A stretch of 64,000 bases of DNA from an uncultured Gammaproteobacteria bacterium (lineage in GTDB: Bacteria > Patescibacteriota > Microgenomatia > UBA10105 > UBA927): NCBI GenBank assembly GCA_964621305.1, contig CAZUOM010000002.1:73733-137732 (forward strand). Direction: 5' to 3'. Position 1 is the stretch's first letter, and each line of letters opens with the position of its first letter. The position numbers and the translations under genes are program-made. This document shows positions 52,438 through 60,740 of the stretch, one piece after another. The notes under the pieces were generated by a model. The model was not told where the DNA came from and made no database searches. It was given only the letters and a program-made list of their open reading frames with translations.

Positions 52438-52452
52438 TATAATAGAGGGAAA

Positions 52453-52539
52453 GGAGGGTTGGCTGAGCGGTCCAAAGCGAAAGGTTGCTAACCTTTTGAG
52501 CCGAATAAGCTCGCACAGGTTCAAATCCTGTACCCTCCG
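52453..52539 (+). tRNA. tRNA-Ser (anticodon GCU)
   Basis: Type II cloverleaf: acceptor GGAGGGT/ACCCTCC, anticodon stem AAAGG/CCTTT, loop ttGCTaa, long variable arm, T-arm ACAGG-TTCAAAT-CCTGT. No CCA is encoded. Confidence 0.8.
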
Positions 52540-52617
52540 CAGAACAATTTTCTACAAAAATTTTCTGCGTAAACGCCCTTTTGGGTTTACCCGGAAAATT
52601 TTTCTGAAATTTGTTCC

Positions 52618-52704
52618 GGGAGAGTTGGCCGAGCGGTTCATGGCGCTGGTCTTGAAAACCAGTGAGCGAAAGCTTTCGCAGGTTCGAATCCTGCACTCTC
52701 CGCC
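52618..52704 (+). tRNA. tRNA-Ser (anticodon UGA), CCA encoded
   Basis: Acceptor GGAGAGT/ACTCTCC, anticodon stem CTGGT/ACCAG, loop ctTGAaa, long variable arm, T-arm GCAGG-TTCGAAT-CCTGC, discriminator G plus CCA. Confidence 0.8.
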
Positions 52705-53499
52705 ATGGCTAAAATTGCCCCTTTCATTGCTAGGCTGCGAGATTTAACTAATCCCCCAAAACAAATGTATTATCAGGGTAAGTGGAACGAATCACTGTTT
52801 AATAAGTGCGCGGCGATCGTCGGCACCAGGCGAATGACCCAGTATGGCAGGATGGTGATAGAGAAACTCGTACCTCGCCTGGTTGCGGACGGATATACTA
52901 TTGTCTCTGGTTTTATGTACGGCGTAGACCAGGCAGCCCACCGCGAGTGCATTACCTGCGGCGGCAGAACAATAGCGGTGTTGGGGTGGGGAATTAACTG
53001 GAACGGGATTGACGACGATGATACGAAACTACTGGCTGAAGTTGAAAAAAACGGATTAGTGATTTCCGAATGGGAAGAGCAAAAGCCAGCCCTCTGGACG
53101 TTTCCTCAGCGAAACCGTATTGTTGCAGCTATCGCACAAGATGTATTCGTGATTGAGGCGGCGGTCAAAAGCGGTGCACTAATCACCGCCCATATTGCGC
53201 AAAAACTCAAAAGAACCATTTGGGCTGTCCCCGGACCAGTCACCTCCAGCCTATCGGAGGGGACCAATAGGTTAATCGTTGAAGGCATCGCCCGCATGTG
53301 GCTGCCGAACATAGACTCTCGTGCGCCGTCTGCGCCATCAACAAACCCCATCATAGAGCTTTTGGAAAGGCAGGCGCTGGATGCCTCAGCAATTGCCAGA
53401 TTGCTCCATCAGCCGGTTGATGTCGTCGGGGCACAATTGTCTCTGTTGGTCCTTTCCGGTGAGATTATCTACGAAGAGGGGACATATTATGTTAATTAA
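52705..53499 (+). CDS. dprA: DNA-processing protein DprA (Smf)
   Basis: ...AAIVGTRRMTQYGR...VSGFMYGVDQAAHREC... is the DprA Rossmann-fold signature. Confidence 0.75.
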   Translation: MAKIAPFIARLRDLTNPPKQMYYQGKWNESLFNKCAAIVGTRRMTQYGRMVIEKLVPRLVADGYTIVSGFMYGVDQAAHRECITCGGRTIAVLGWGINWNGIDDDDTKLLAEVEKNGLVISEWEEQKPALWTFPQRNRIVAAIAQDVFVIEAAVKSGALITAHIAQKLKRTIWAVPGPVTSSLSEGTNRLIVEGIARMWLPNIDSRAPSAPSTNPIIELLERQALDASAIARLLHQPVDVVGAQLSLLVLSGEIIYEEGTYYVN

Positions 53500-55018
53500 C
53501 ATTGCTTCGGTGGCAAACATAGGACTTGAGACTATTGGGGTGGAGGTGGAAGTTGATGTTGCTACTCAGGGTTTTCCCGGTTTTACCATCGTGGGTTTGG
53601 CGGGAAAGGCTGTAGAGGAGGCGCGTGAGCGGGTAAAAACAGCAATTGTCAACTCAGGCATGGAATTTCCGGGGAAAAAAATAACGGTTAATTTGGCCCC
53701 TGCTGATCTGCCTAAGGATGGAGGAGCCTACGACCTGCCGATAGCAATGGGCATTTTGATAGCGTCGGGACAGGTGGATTTCGGAGTCTGTAAACCTTCC
53801 GATGCCGTATTTTACGGAGAGCTGGGACTAGACGGAGGATTACGTACCACAAAAGGCGTTTTACTTGTGGGTTTATACGCCAAGAGGCAAAAGATGAGAG
53901 AGCTTTTCGTCCCCATGGCATCGGCAGGAGAAGCAGCGGTCGTTTCCGGTATCCGCGTTTATCCTTTACGGAATTTACGAGAGTGTGCCGATCACCTTTC
54001 GGGCACAAAACTTCTCAATCCGGCCAAACCACAAAAGCAGTTGTACAGCCCAAATGACGACATTGTTGAATTTGACCTGTCGGAAATATCCGGTCAAGAA
54101 CAGGCCAAGCGGGCCATGCTCATTGCCGCTGCAGGCGGGCACAATCTTCTCATGTCTGGTCCTCCGGGAGCCGGCAAGACGATGCTTGCGCGGGCCATGC
54201 CCGGCATATTGCCGCCGCTTGATTTTTCCGAGTCCCTCGAGGTGACTAGAATCTATTCTGTTGCCGGTCTTTTGCCGTCTGGAACATCTCTCGTAAGAGC
54301 GCGGCCGTTTCGGAGTCCTCATCACGGCATATCGGCTGCCGGAGTCATTGGCGGAGGGAGTAATCCGTTGCCCGGAGAGGTGAGTCTAGCGCATTTGGGT
54401 GTGCTGTTTTTGGACGAGATGCCGGAGTTTCCGCGATCGGTTCTGGAGTCCTTACGTCAACCCATGGAAGACGGCGTAGTATCCATTGTTCGAGTGGGAG
54501 CCCGCGTGACCTATCCGGCCAGTTTCACTCTCCTTGCGGCGGTCAACCCGTGTCCGTGCGGATATCTGGGGCATCCGACGCGTGCATGCAAGTGCTCGGA
54601 AAAGCAAGTGCGCAAGTATAGGTCTCGTCTTTCCGGCCCGATTTTGGACAGAATTGATCTGCATGTTCTCGTACCGTCCGTTGAAACGGGAAAACTGTCT
54701 GGTTTGGTGGCAGATGGGATGAATTCATCGGCCATGCGGGCCATGGTTTTAGACGCCCGAGCTAGGCAAACGAAGCGGTTTGCCGCCGATGGCATCTATA
54801 CCAACTCGCAGATGAAAAATAAACATGTCAAGATGTATTGCCACCTGGATGGAGAAACCCAGAAGCTTTTAAAGCTTGCTCTAGAGGCATATGATATGTC
54901 TGCACGGTCATATTTCCGTTTGATAAAAATTGCCCGAACAATTGCAGATTTGGCCAACAGTAGTGCGATTTCCGTCTCGCACATGGCAGAAGCATTGCAG
55001 TATCGGTCTGGACTGTAA
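53489..55018 (+). CDS. comM: Mg-chelatase-like AAA+ ATPase ComM/YifB
   Basis: Start MLINIASVAN at 53489. Lon-like N-terminal domain, MSGPPGAGKTMLA Walker A, LFLDEMPEF Walker B. Confidence 0.8.
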   Translation: MLINIASVANIGLETIGVEVEVDVATQGFPGFTIVGLAGKAVEEARERVKTAIVNSGMEFPGKKITVNLAPADLPKDGGAYDLPIAMGILIASGQVDFGVCKPSDAVFYGELGLDGGLRTTKGVLLVGLYAKRQKMRELFVPMASAGEAAVVSGIRVYPLRNLRECADHLSGTKLLNPAKPQKQLYSPNDDIVEFDLSEISGQEQAKRAMLIAAAGGHNLLMSGPPGAGKTMLARAMPGILPPLDFSESLEVTRIYSVAGLLPSGTSLVRARPFRSPHHGISAAGVIGGGSNPLPGEVSLAHLGVLFLDEMPEFPRSVLESLRQPMEDGVVSIVRVGARVTYPASFTLLAAVNPCPCGYLGHPTRACKCSEKQVRKYRSRLSGPILDRIDLHVLVPSVETGKLSGLVADGMNSSAMRAMVLDARARQTKRFAADGIYTNSQMKNKHVKMYCHLDGETQKLLKLALEAYDMSARSYFRLIKIARTIADLANSSAISVSHMAEALQYRSGL

Positions 55019-55021
55019 TAC

Positions 55022-55378
55022 ATGAAGGCGCTCAATAAAGATACTGGCCGGCTCGGAGAGCAGCTTGCCGAGCACCTGCTGGCAGAGAAGGGGTATCGGA
55101 TTGTAAAGAGAAATTTTTTCACACGTTTCGGTGAGATCGACATAATCTGTCTGGACAAAGACACGACGGTGTTTGTTGAAGTAAAGACCAAACGAGGCGT
55201 AGATTTTGGGACGCCGGAGGAAATGTTTACGAAAGGAAAGGCAGGACAAGTAAAGCGGATGGCCTCGGTGTACTTACAGGGGAAAGAAGTTAACTGCAGG
55301 ATTGACATGGTCGCCATTGTGTTGGGAGATGATAACCAGCCGCAGCGTATGACCCACTATATTAATGTTGTATTGTGA
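55022..55378 (+). CDS. yraN: YraN-family (UPF0102) endonuclease
   Basis: LGEQLAEHLLAEKGYRIVKRNF..GEIDIIC...VFVEVKTKR is a classic YraN sequence. Confidence 0.8.
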   Translation: MKALNKDTGRLGEQLAEHLLAEKGYRIVKRNFFTRFGEIDIICLDKDTTVFVEVKTKRGVDFGTPEEMFTKGKAGQVKRMASVYLQGKEVNCRIDMVAIVLGDDNQPQRMTHYINVVL

Positions 55379-55423
55379 CCAAATATGCTTGCACTGAGGA
55401 TCTGCCAGCCGGCGGAGGCCAAG

Positions 55424-55495
55424 TGCCAGCGGCAGGGATTGAACCTGCTACCCTCGCCTTATGAAGACGGTGCTCTACCAATGAGCTACGCTGGC
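55424..55495 (-). tRNA. tRNA with CAU anticodon (Met or Ile2-lysidine type)
   Basis: Reverse complement GCCAGCG-TA-GCTC-ATTGGTA-GAGC...ttCATaa...GCAGG-TTCAATC-CCTGC-CGCTGGC-A. The anticodon stem is only 4 bp with a U-G pair. Confidence 0.65.
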
Positions 55496-55923
55496 TCAGC
55501 CTCATTGTATGAAACTTGAGCTAGAAAGGCAATTCTGGTATAGTAGTGATGTTCATTTACCGCGGGGTAGTGTACAGTTGCACAGAAGGCTTAAGTATGG
55601 GCTCATCGGTAAGAAATTACTGTATGATAATTCGGCTATATCGGTGAAACCCGGATATTATGACTTTGTCACCGTCCGGGCAATACCGAGGAAAGATCCC
55701 GAGTAGAATCGAGGGAAATCCGTAGAGACTATACGCCGAACCCTTCGTCGCTTCGCTCCTCAGGGCAAGTCCTGTCGAGCGAAATTGACAAGGTGATGAT
55801 ATAGTCCGACACTCTCAGTAATGGGAGCCCGTGAAGCAGAACAAGTACGCTTCAGGGTAAAAAACACGTGCATAATCTTCTAGGCTGGGTGCGACTCCCA
55901 GCCCCGCAACCCAGGCTATTAAA

Positions 55924-55954
55924 CAAAAAACCACTCATTATGAGTGGTTTTTTG
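55924..55954. terminator. bidirectional intrinsic terminator hairpin AAAAAACCACTCAT-ta-ATGAGTGGTTTTTT
   Basis: Read directly: perfect 13-14-bp stem flanked by an A-run and a T-run. Confidence 0.75.
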
Positions 55955-56090
55955 TTCCAGCCTGGTGGGGTCGGTCCCGCCGATGGCGAAGCCATAATGG
56001 CGGGATAATGACCCCAACTCTTTTTCTTCCAGCCTCATCGGGTCGGTGTGCGCAAAGCGCACATAATGACCCGAACAGGATTACAATAAC
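55954..56090. repeat. two tandem hairpin repeat units sharing TTCCAGCCT..GGGTCGGT..ATAATGACCC flanks with different internal stems
   Basis: Unit 1 GGGGTCGGTCCCGCC...GGCGGGATAATGACCCC. Unit 2 CGGGTCGGTGTGCGCaaaGCGCACATAATGACCCG. Confidence 0.6.
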
Positions 56091-56093
56091 CTA

Positions 56094-56363
56094 ATGTATT
56101 ACGTTTACGTTCTTCAATCACAAAAGAAATCTAAATGGCTATATAAAGGTTCAACTTCGGATCTCAAAAGACGCCTTGCCGAACATAACGCAGGTAAAAA
56201 TTTTTCTACCGCTCCATATATTCCATTTACGCTTATTTATTACGAGGCTTATCTTCTAAAATCTGATGCAGAAGCAAGAGAGCAATATTTAAAAACATCA
56301 ATGGGAATGAGGGTTTTGAAGAAACAATTATCAAATCTGTTGAAAATTGGAGAGAAAGCATGA
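56094..56363 (+). CDS. GIY-YIG nuclease-family protein
   Basis: YYVYVLQS...LYKGSTSDLKRRLAEHN is the GIY-YIG motif. Confidence 0.75.
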   Translation: MYYVYVLQSQKKSKWLYKGSTSDLKRRLAEHNAGKNFSTAPYIPFTLIYYEAYLLKSDAEAREQYLKTSMGMRVLKKQLSNLLKIGEKA

Positions 56364-56378
56364 TACATTACTCGCCAT

Positions 56379-56696
56379 ATGCTGAAATTTGAAGATTTCG
56401 CAAAATTAGAAATAAAAATGGGTACTGTTCTTGAAGCAGAACGAGTAGCTGGTACAGATAAATTGTTAAAAATTGTAGTAGACATGGGTAATGAAAAGCG
56501 CCAGGTAATTGGGGGATTTGGAAATAAATACACACCAGAAAGCCTAATAGGAAAACAAGTGCCCATTGTTTTAAACATTGAGCCAGCAGTTATAAGAGGC
56601 GTTGAAAGTAATGGTATTTTTATGGCTATTGACGCAAATGAACCAATGCTTCTTTTACCCGAAAATTCAGTTCCCAACGGAAGTAAAGTAAAATAG
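56379..56696 (+). CDS. stand-alone tRNA-binding (EMAP/CsaA/Trbp111-like) domain protein
   Basis: FAKLEIKMGTVLEAERVAGTDKLLKIVVDMGNEKRQVIGG is an OB-fold tRNA-binding domain, as found at the C-terminus of MetRS. Confidence 0.7.
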   Translation: MLKFEDFAKLEIKMGTVLEAERVAGTDKLLKIVVDMGNEKRQVIGGFGNKYTPESLIGKQVPIVLNIEPAVIRGVESNGIFMAIDANEPMLLLPENSVPNGSKVK

Positions 56697-56767
56697 CTTA
56701 TTCCAATTGAAAATAATACGTTCTAATTTCCTGTAATCCCCGCAACAAAATACAGGCGGACGCCCAT

Positions 56768-56793
56768 ATGGCGTCCGTTTTTACCCCAGCACC
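56768..56793 (+). terminator. intrinsic terminator GGACGCC-cata-TGGCGTCC followed by GTTTTTA
   Basis: Read directly. Lies downstream of the tRNA-binding protein gene. Confidence 0.6.
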
Positions 56794-56971
56794 AGAATGC
56801 CCCGAGCGTAAGCTTGGGGGACTAGTGGTTTCAAAAGGCATTCGGTGCGGGGTTTCGCGCTCCGAATGAACCAGCCGATGCCCCGACCGTAAGGAGTGGG
56901 AGCGCTTCACTTATAAAAACCACGGGACTCTTTTGTATCGCATAGCATTGTTTGTGCGATATACTGGATTT

Positions 56972-57465
56972 ATGGCCAAAAAGAAAGCAGTGCGCTGGAG
57001 GCGGAAAAAATTGCTCGCGCTCGGGATCCCCGCAGTTTTTGATACCAGGTTTATTAATGGCAATGGTGTTGGGGTGGAATCCGAAAGAATTGACGAGGAC
57101 AAAAGATTATTACGCCAATAAAACATTGTTTCCCAAATCCGGTGAGGCAGTTGAATTCTATGATGGCGACACGTTCCGGCTAAAAAGTGGCGTGGAAGTG
57201 CGGCTTATTGGCGTCGATGCGCCCAACAAGGGAGAGGCTAATTGGCAGGCGTCGCGGATAGCGCTAGAAGATATGATCAGAAATAAACTAGTGTATTTGG
57301 AATATGACCGGTATTCAGTCTCGCCCTGGGCTTATGGAAAACCCCGACGGGTGTAATAAGGGGAAGTTGGTTAATGAAGAGTTGGTCCGGGCTGGCTTGG
57401 TAGCTGCGGAGCGGTATAAAGACCGAGGGGCGCTCAAATACGAACAAAGAATATCGAGGTTATAA
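56972..57465 (+). pseudogene. staphylococcal-nuclease (SNase/thermonuclease)-like gene broken by two homopolymer frameshifts
   Basis: Frame A MAKKKAVRWRRKKLLALGIPAVF. Frame B ...LIPGLLMAMVLGW...VEFYDGDTFRLKSGVEVRLIGVDAPNKGE (SNase motif)...AYGKPRRV*. Frame C KGKLVNEELVRAGLVAAERYKD... The shifts fall at a T5 run and an A4/C4 run. Confidence 0.55.
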
Positions 57466-57482
57466 GGCAAAGAGGGGCAGGA

Positions 57483-57866
57483 CTAACGTTTGTGGGAGTG
57501 GGATTTGAGCCAAGAGGCAATGGTGTCGAGAGAAAAATTCTTTACATCGACGGATACCATAAACGGGACAACCTCTTTTTTTGATCCACGCAGGGTATAT
57601 CCATTGAGGAAAAGAAACCGTTTGGTTGAGTAATATGCGGTCCGCTTATTCCCATCATCAAAGGGATGATTTTTTACTAACGAGTGGAGAAGTGCAGCCG
57701 CTTTTTGCCAAATCGTCGGGTACAACTCTTGACCGCCGAAGGTAACTTTTGGTCGTTCAACTGCAGAGTGGAGAAGTGTAAAGTCGTGAATATCACCTCT
57801 GCCGCCACCTACCGCAATCATACGCTGATGGATTGCGTATACATCCTCAAGCGTCAAGTACTTCAT
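57483..57866 (-). CDS. doc: Doc (death-on-curing) Fic-family toxin
   Basis: HPFDDGNKRTAY is the Doc variant of the Fic motif. 127 aa. Confidence 0.8.
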   Translation of the reverse strand: MKYLTLEDVYAIHQRMIAVGGGRGDIHDFTLLHSAVERPKVTFGGQELYPTIWQKAAALLHSLVKNHPFDDGNKRTAYYSTKRFLFLNGYTLRGSKKEVVPFMVSVDVKNFSLDTIASWLKSHSHKR

Positions 57867-58108
57867 ACCGCAGCCAGCGCTTTAATAATGTCGGCGTCTT
57901 CTTTGACCACTTGATCTAGCCACGCTTTAAACTCCGGTGTCAGCGTGGGGCTGGCGTCTACTTTGTCTTTCCGCACATAGACAGCAGGAATATCAGCATT
58001 TGCTTCTACAAGGACTTTATCGCCAGCCTTGAATTTTGCTTTTTGCGTAAATGCTTTTGGTAGCGTGATGGCAAGCGAATTGCCTACCTGAAAAACAGTT
58101 TGTAACAT
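57863..58108 (-). CDS. AbrB/MazE/Phd-type antitoxin of Doc
   Basis: MLQTVFQVGNSLAITLPKAF is the looped-hinge-helix motif. Overlaps the doc start. Confidence 0.7.
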   Translation of the reverse strand: MLQTVFQVGNSLAITLPKAFTQKAKFKAGDKVLVEANADIPAVYVRKDKVDASPTLTPEFKAWLDQVVKEDADIIKALAAV

Positions 58109-58598
58109 GCTATATCCTCCTTGTTATAACGAATTATAACATGACGTATTTGACAAAGTCAAGATTTACGATATACTCCTTTTCACAATTGAATAAAAGC
58201 GTTGAGGAGGCGTGGATGGAGCCTCTGAGCTGACGCTAATCACGTACGGAGGTGAAACCGTAAAAAGTCTGTCAACGGGTGTCGTACTAATGGAGCTCGT
58301 CAAGAATGAGGTTATCCTCAACTGACGTCCCGCTTACGCGGGATTATTTGTGGGTAACAAAGCAAGGTGGCAACGCCATAGCAGGCCCTTGCAAGCCGTC
58401 TACGTTTATCGTGGATGATTTGCAAGGGCTTTTAGGTGGTAGTTGCAAATCCGCCAGCCGACGGAGAAGCTTACTGCCACCTATGGTGAGTAGCGAAGCG
58501 ACGTACCATTTATTGGGTGAGTAGTTTAGTTGGAAAAATGTCTGTTTCACCTTCGATTCTCGCAAAGAGTCTGTTACAGAGATATTATGGAGGAATAC

Positions 58599-58952
58599 AT
58601 GAATGAAACGTGGCGTGTGACGTATTATGTTACTGCCGGCGGAAACATTCCCGTGAGGGATTTTTTAAATGCGGCGGCGCCAACGCTAAAAGTCAAAGCC
58701 TTGCGACTCTTTTTGCATTTGAGCGAATATGGATTGCAAGGAGTTATTCCGCACCTGAAGAAACTAACCGGCACGCCGTTGTGGGAGCTACGGATTATGG
58801 GCGGGGAGAGCGTGAGAATTCTGTTTGTGACGCAGGTGGGAAAGAAAATTATTTTGTTGCATGGGTTTTATAAGAAGACGCAAAAGACGCCAACTAAGGA
58901 GATTGCCACGGCTCTGGCTCGACTGCGGGACTACGAACAAAAAGAACGATAG
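58599..58952 (+). CDS. higB: HigB/Gp49-like (DUF891) RelE-superfamily toxin, intact
   Basis: MNETWRVTYYVTAGGNIPVRDFL...LWELRIMGGESVRILFVTQVGKKIILLHGFYKKTQKTPTKEIATALARLRDY. Confidence 0.75.
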   Translation: MNETWRVTYYVTAGGNIPVRDFLNAAAPTLKVKALRLFLHLSEYGLQGVIPHLKKLTGTPLWELRIMGGESVRILFVTQVGKKIILLHGFYKKTQKTPTKEIATALARLRDYEQKER

Positions 58953-58989
58953 TTGACAGAATATATCTTTTGAGATATATTCTTCTCAT

Positions 58990-59274
58990 ATGGCACGGAG
59001 AGTATATACACTAGAAGATCATTTGAGAGAATCCTTAAAAGACCCTGAGTTTCGCAAGGCATGGGAAGCCAGTGAAGTAGAGTACCAACTGTCCCGGCAG
59101 ATTATCGCCCAGCGTTTGCGAAGAAAAATGACGCAGGGGCAGCTTGCACAAAAAGCGCAGACGACACAAGCAGTTATTTCTCGCATAGAGCGAATGACTG
59201 AAAACGTGTCAGTAGAGCTCCTCAAGAGGATTGCTGGAGCATTTGGATCACGATTAAAAGTCGGATTTGAATAA
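58990..59274 (+). CDS. higA: HTH XRE-family antitoxin (HigA-like)
   Basis: LSRQIIAQRLRRKMTQGQLAQKAQTTQAVISRIE. Confidence 0.75.
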   Translation: MARRVYTLEDHLRESLKDPEFRKAWEASEVEYQLSRQIIAQRLRRKMTQGQLAQKAQTTQAVISRIERMTENVSVELLKRIAGAFGSRLKVGFE

Positions 59275-59284
59275 AGGAAACCTT

Positions 59285-60733
59285 ATGAAACGATTTATTT
59301 CTGGTATTACGCCGAGCGGGGATGGGAGTTTACATATTGGCAATTATTTGGGTGCCGTGCGGCAGTTTATTGATCTTGCTCGATCAAATGAGACGTATCT
59401 CATGGTTGCAGACCTTCACGGCTTGACGACGATCCAGGATAAACAGCAGTTGATTCATAACATCGAAACATTGGTCCTCAATGAATTGGCACTCCTGCGC
59501 GGGTTTATGACAGCGAAAGAATTTAGCAAAATTGTCTTTTTTCGCCAATCTGATGTACTCATGCACGCCGAGTGCCAGTCGATTCTCAACAACGTCACCC
59601 CTCTGGGGTTACTTAAGCGCGCGCACGCGTACAAAGATAAGCTTGGTAAGGATACAGTGAAGGACGACATCAACGTTGGCCTCTTTTCCTATCCGATGCT
59701 CATGGCTGCAGACATACTCCTCTACCAGCCGGATCTAGTGCCGGTTGGTAAAGATCAAAAGCAACACATAGAAATAACGCGTGATATCGCCGATCGGTTC
59801 AACAAAATTTTTCGAGCAAAAGTCTTTAAACTTCCTGAGCCGTATATTCCAGAGGAAGTTGCTGTGGTATTGGGGACAGACGGGAAGCGCAAGATGAGTA
59901 AATCCCTCGGAAACATTATTGCTATGTTTGAGCCGGAAGAGGTCATCAAAAAACAGGTGATGGAAACCTACACGGATCCGGCCCGAGCTCACGCCACCGA
60001 TCCAGGGCACGTAGAAGGGAATATGGTGTTTGCATATCTGGATTTTTTCGGAGAACCGCGTAGCGTTGCGAAACTAAAAGAAAAATACCGTCGCGGAACC
60101 GTCGCGGACGTAGAGGTGAAAGAGTATTTGTTTAAAACTTTAATTGAGTATTTTGCTCCAGCCCGCAAAGCATATGAGCAGTTAAAGGCTAATCCAGTAA
60201 TGGTCAAAAAAATTCTTGCCGACGGAGCCCAAAAGGCCAGTGCGGTTGCCAGTCAAACCATGATGGCGGTGCGAGAGGCGATAGGGTTGACGAACAAGTA
60301 CTCAATAAGGGGTCCCCTTGCGGGGCCATCTTTGCAAGGGGACCCCTTGCAAAAAACGATTAGTATCGATGAATTTGCGCGGGTGGAGGAACGGGTGGGG
60401 AAGGTAATCGAGGCGACGAATGTCGAAGGGAGCGAGAAGCTCATTCGATTGGTGGTTGATTTTGGCCCCGCCTTCGCTGAAGCTACGGCGGGCGAGGGAA
60501 AGCGGATTATTTTCACCGGCGTGCGGGGATTTGGTTATACGCCGGAAGATTTTCTCAACAAACAATTTTTGTTTGTCACCAATCTTGCGCCGAGAAAGAT
60601 GCCCTCCTACGTTGAAACTCCGGCGGGTAAAATGGGGGAAGAATCACAAGGCATGATTTTAGCCGTAGACGGACCTGGTAAACCAATCTTTGTTTCCGCC
60701 GAAGAAATGCCATTGGGAGCAAAAGTCAGATAA
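59285..60733 (+). CDS. trpS: tryptophan--tRNA ligase fused to a C-terminal EMAP/Trbp111-like tRNA-binding domain, with in-frame palindromic insertion in the linker
   Basis: Start MKRFISGITPSG..HIGNYLGAV (HIGH-type) and KMSKS. C-terminal ~110 aa VGKVIEATNVEGSEKLIRLVVDFG... is the OB tRNA-binding domain. Confidence 0.85.
   Translation: MKRFISGITPSGDGSLHIGNYLGAVRQFIDLARSNETYLMVADLHGLTTIQDKQQLIHNIETLVLNELALLRGFMTAKEFSKIVFFRQSDVLMHAECQSILNNVTPLGLLKRAHAYKDKLGKDTVKDDINVGLFSYPMLMAADILLYQPDLVPVGKDQKQHIEITRDIADRFNKIFRAKVFKLPEPYIPEEVAVVLGTDGKRKMSKSLGNIIAMFEPEEVIKKQVMETYTDPARAHATDPGHVEGNMVFAYLDFFGEPRSVAKLKEKYRRGTVADVEVKEYLFKTLIEYFAPARKAYEQLKANPVMVKKILADGAQKASAVASQTMMAVREAIGLTNKYSIRGPLAGPSLQGDPLQKTISIDEFARVEERVGKVIEATNVEGSEKLIRLVVDFGPAFAEATAGEGKRIIFTGVRGFGYTPEDFLNKQFLFVTNLAPRKMPSYVETPAGKMGEESQGMILAVDGPGKPIFVSAEEMPLGAKVR
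60308..60350. repeat. palindromic in-frame element AAGGGGTCCCCTTGC-ggggccatcttt-GCAAGGGGACCCCTT inside trpS
   Basis: Arms identical to the nth copy. Encodes IRGPLAGPSLQGDPLQ. Confidence 0.9.
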
Positions 60734-60740
60734 TGAAATC

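Noticed and set aside
55496-55930. RNase P RNA or second tmRNA in the long intergenic region
   Set aside because: CR-V-like and CR-I-like motifs occur in the wrong 5'-to-3' order for RNase P RNA, and the P4 pairing partner is missing. The true tmRNA is at 51419-51811. The region is kept as an unassigned structured region in the findings.
58130-58590. About 450-bp spacer between the doc and higBA modules, with short ORFs on both strands, considered as a possible ncRNA
   Set aside because: No recognisable RNA-family motifs or convincing ORF were found. It is most simply a divergent promoter region.
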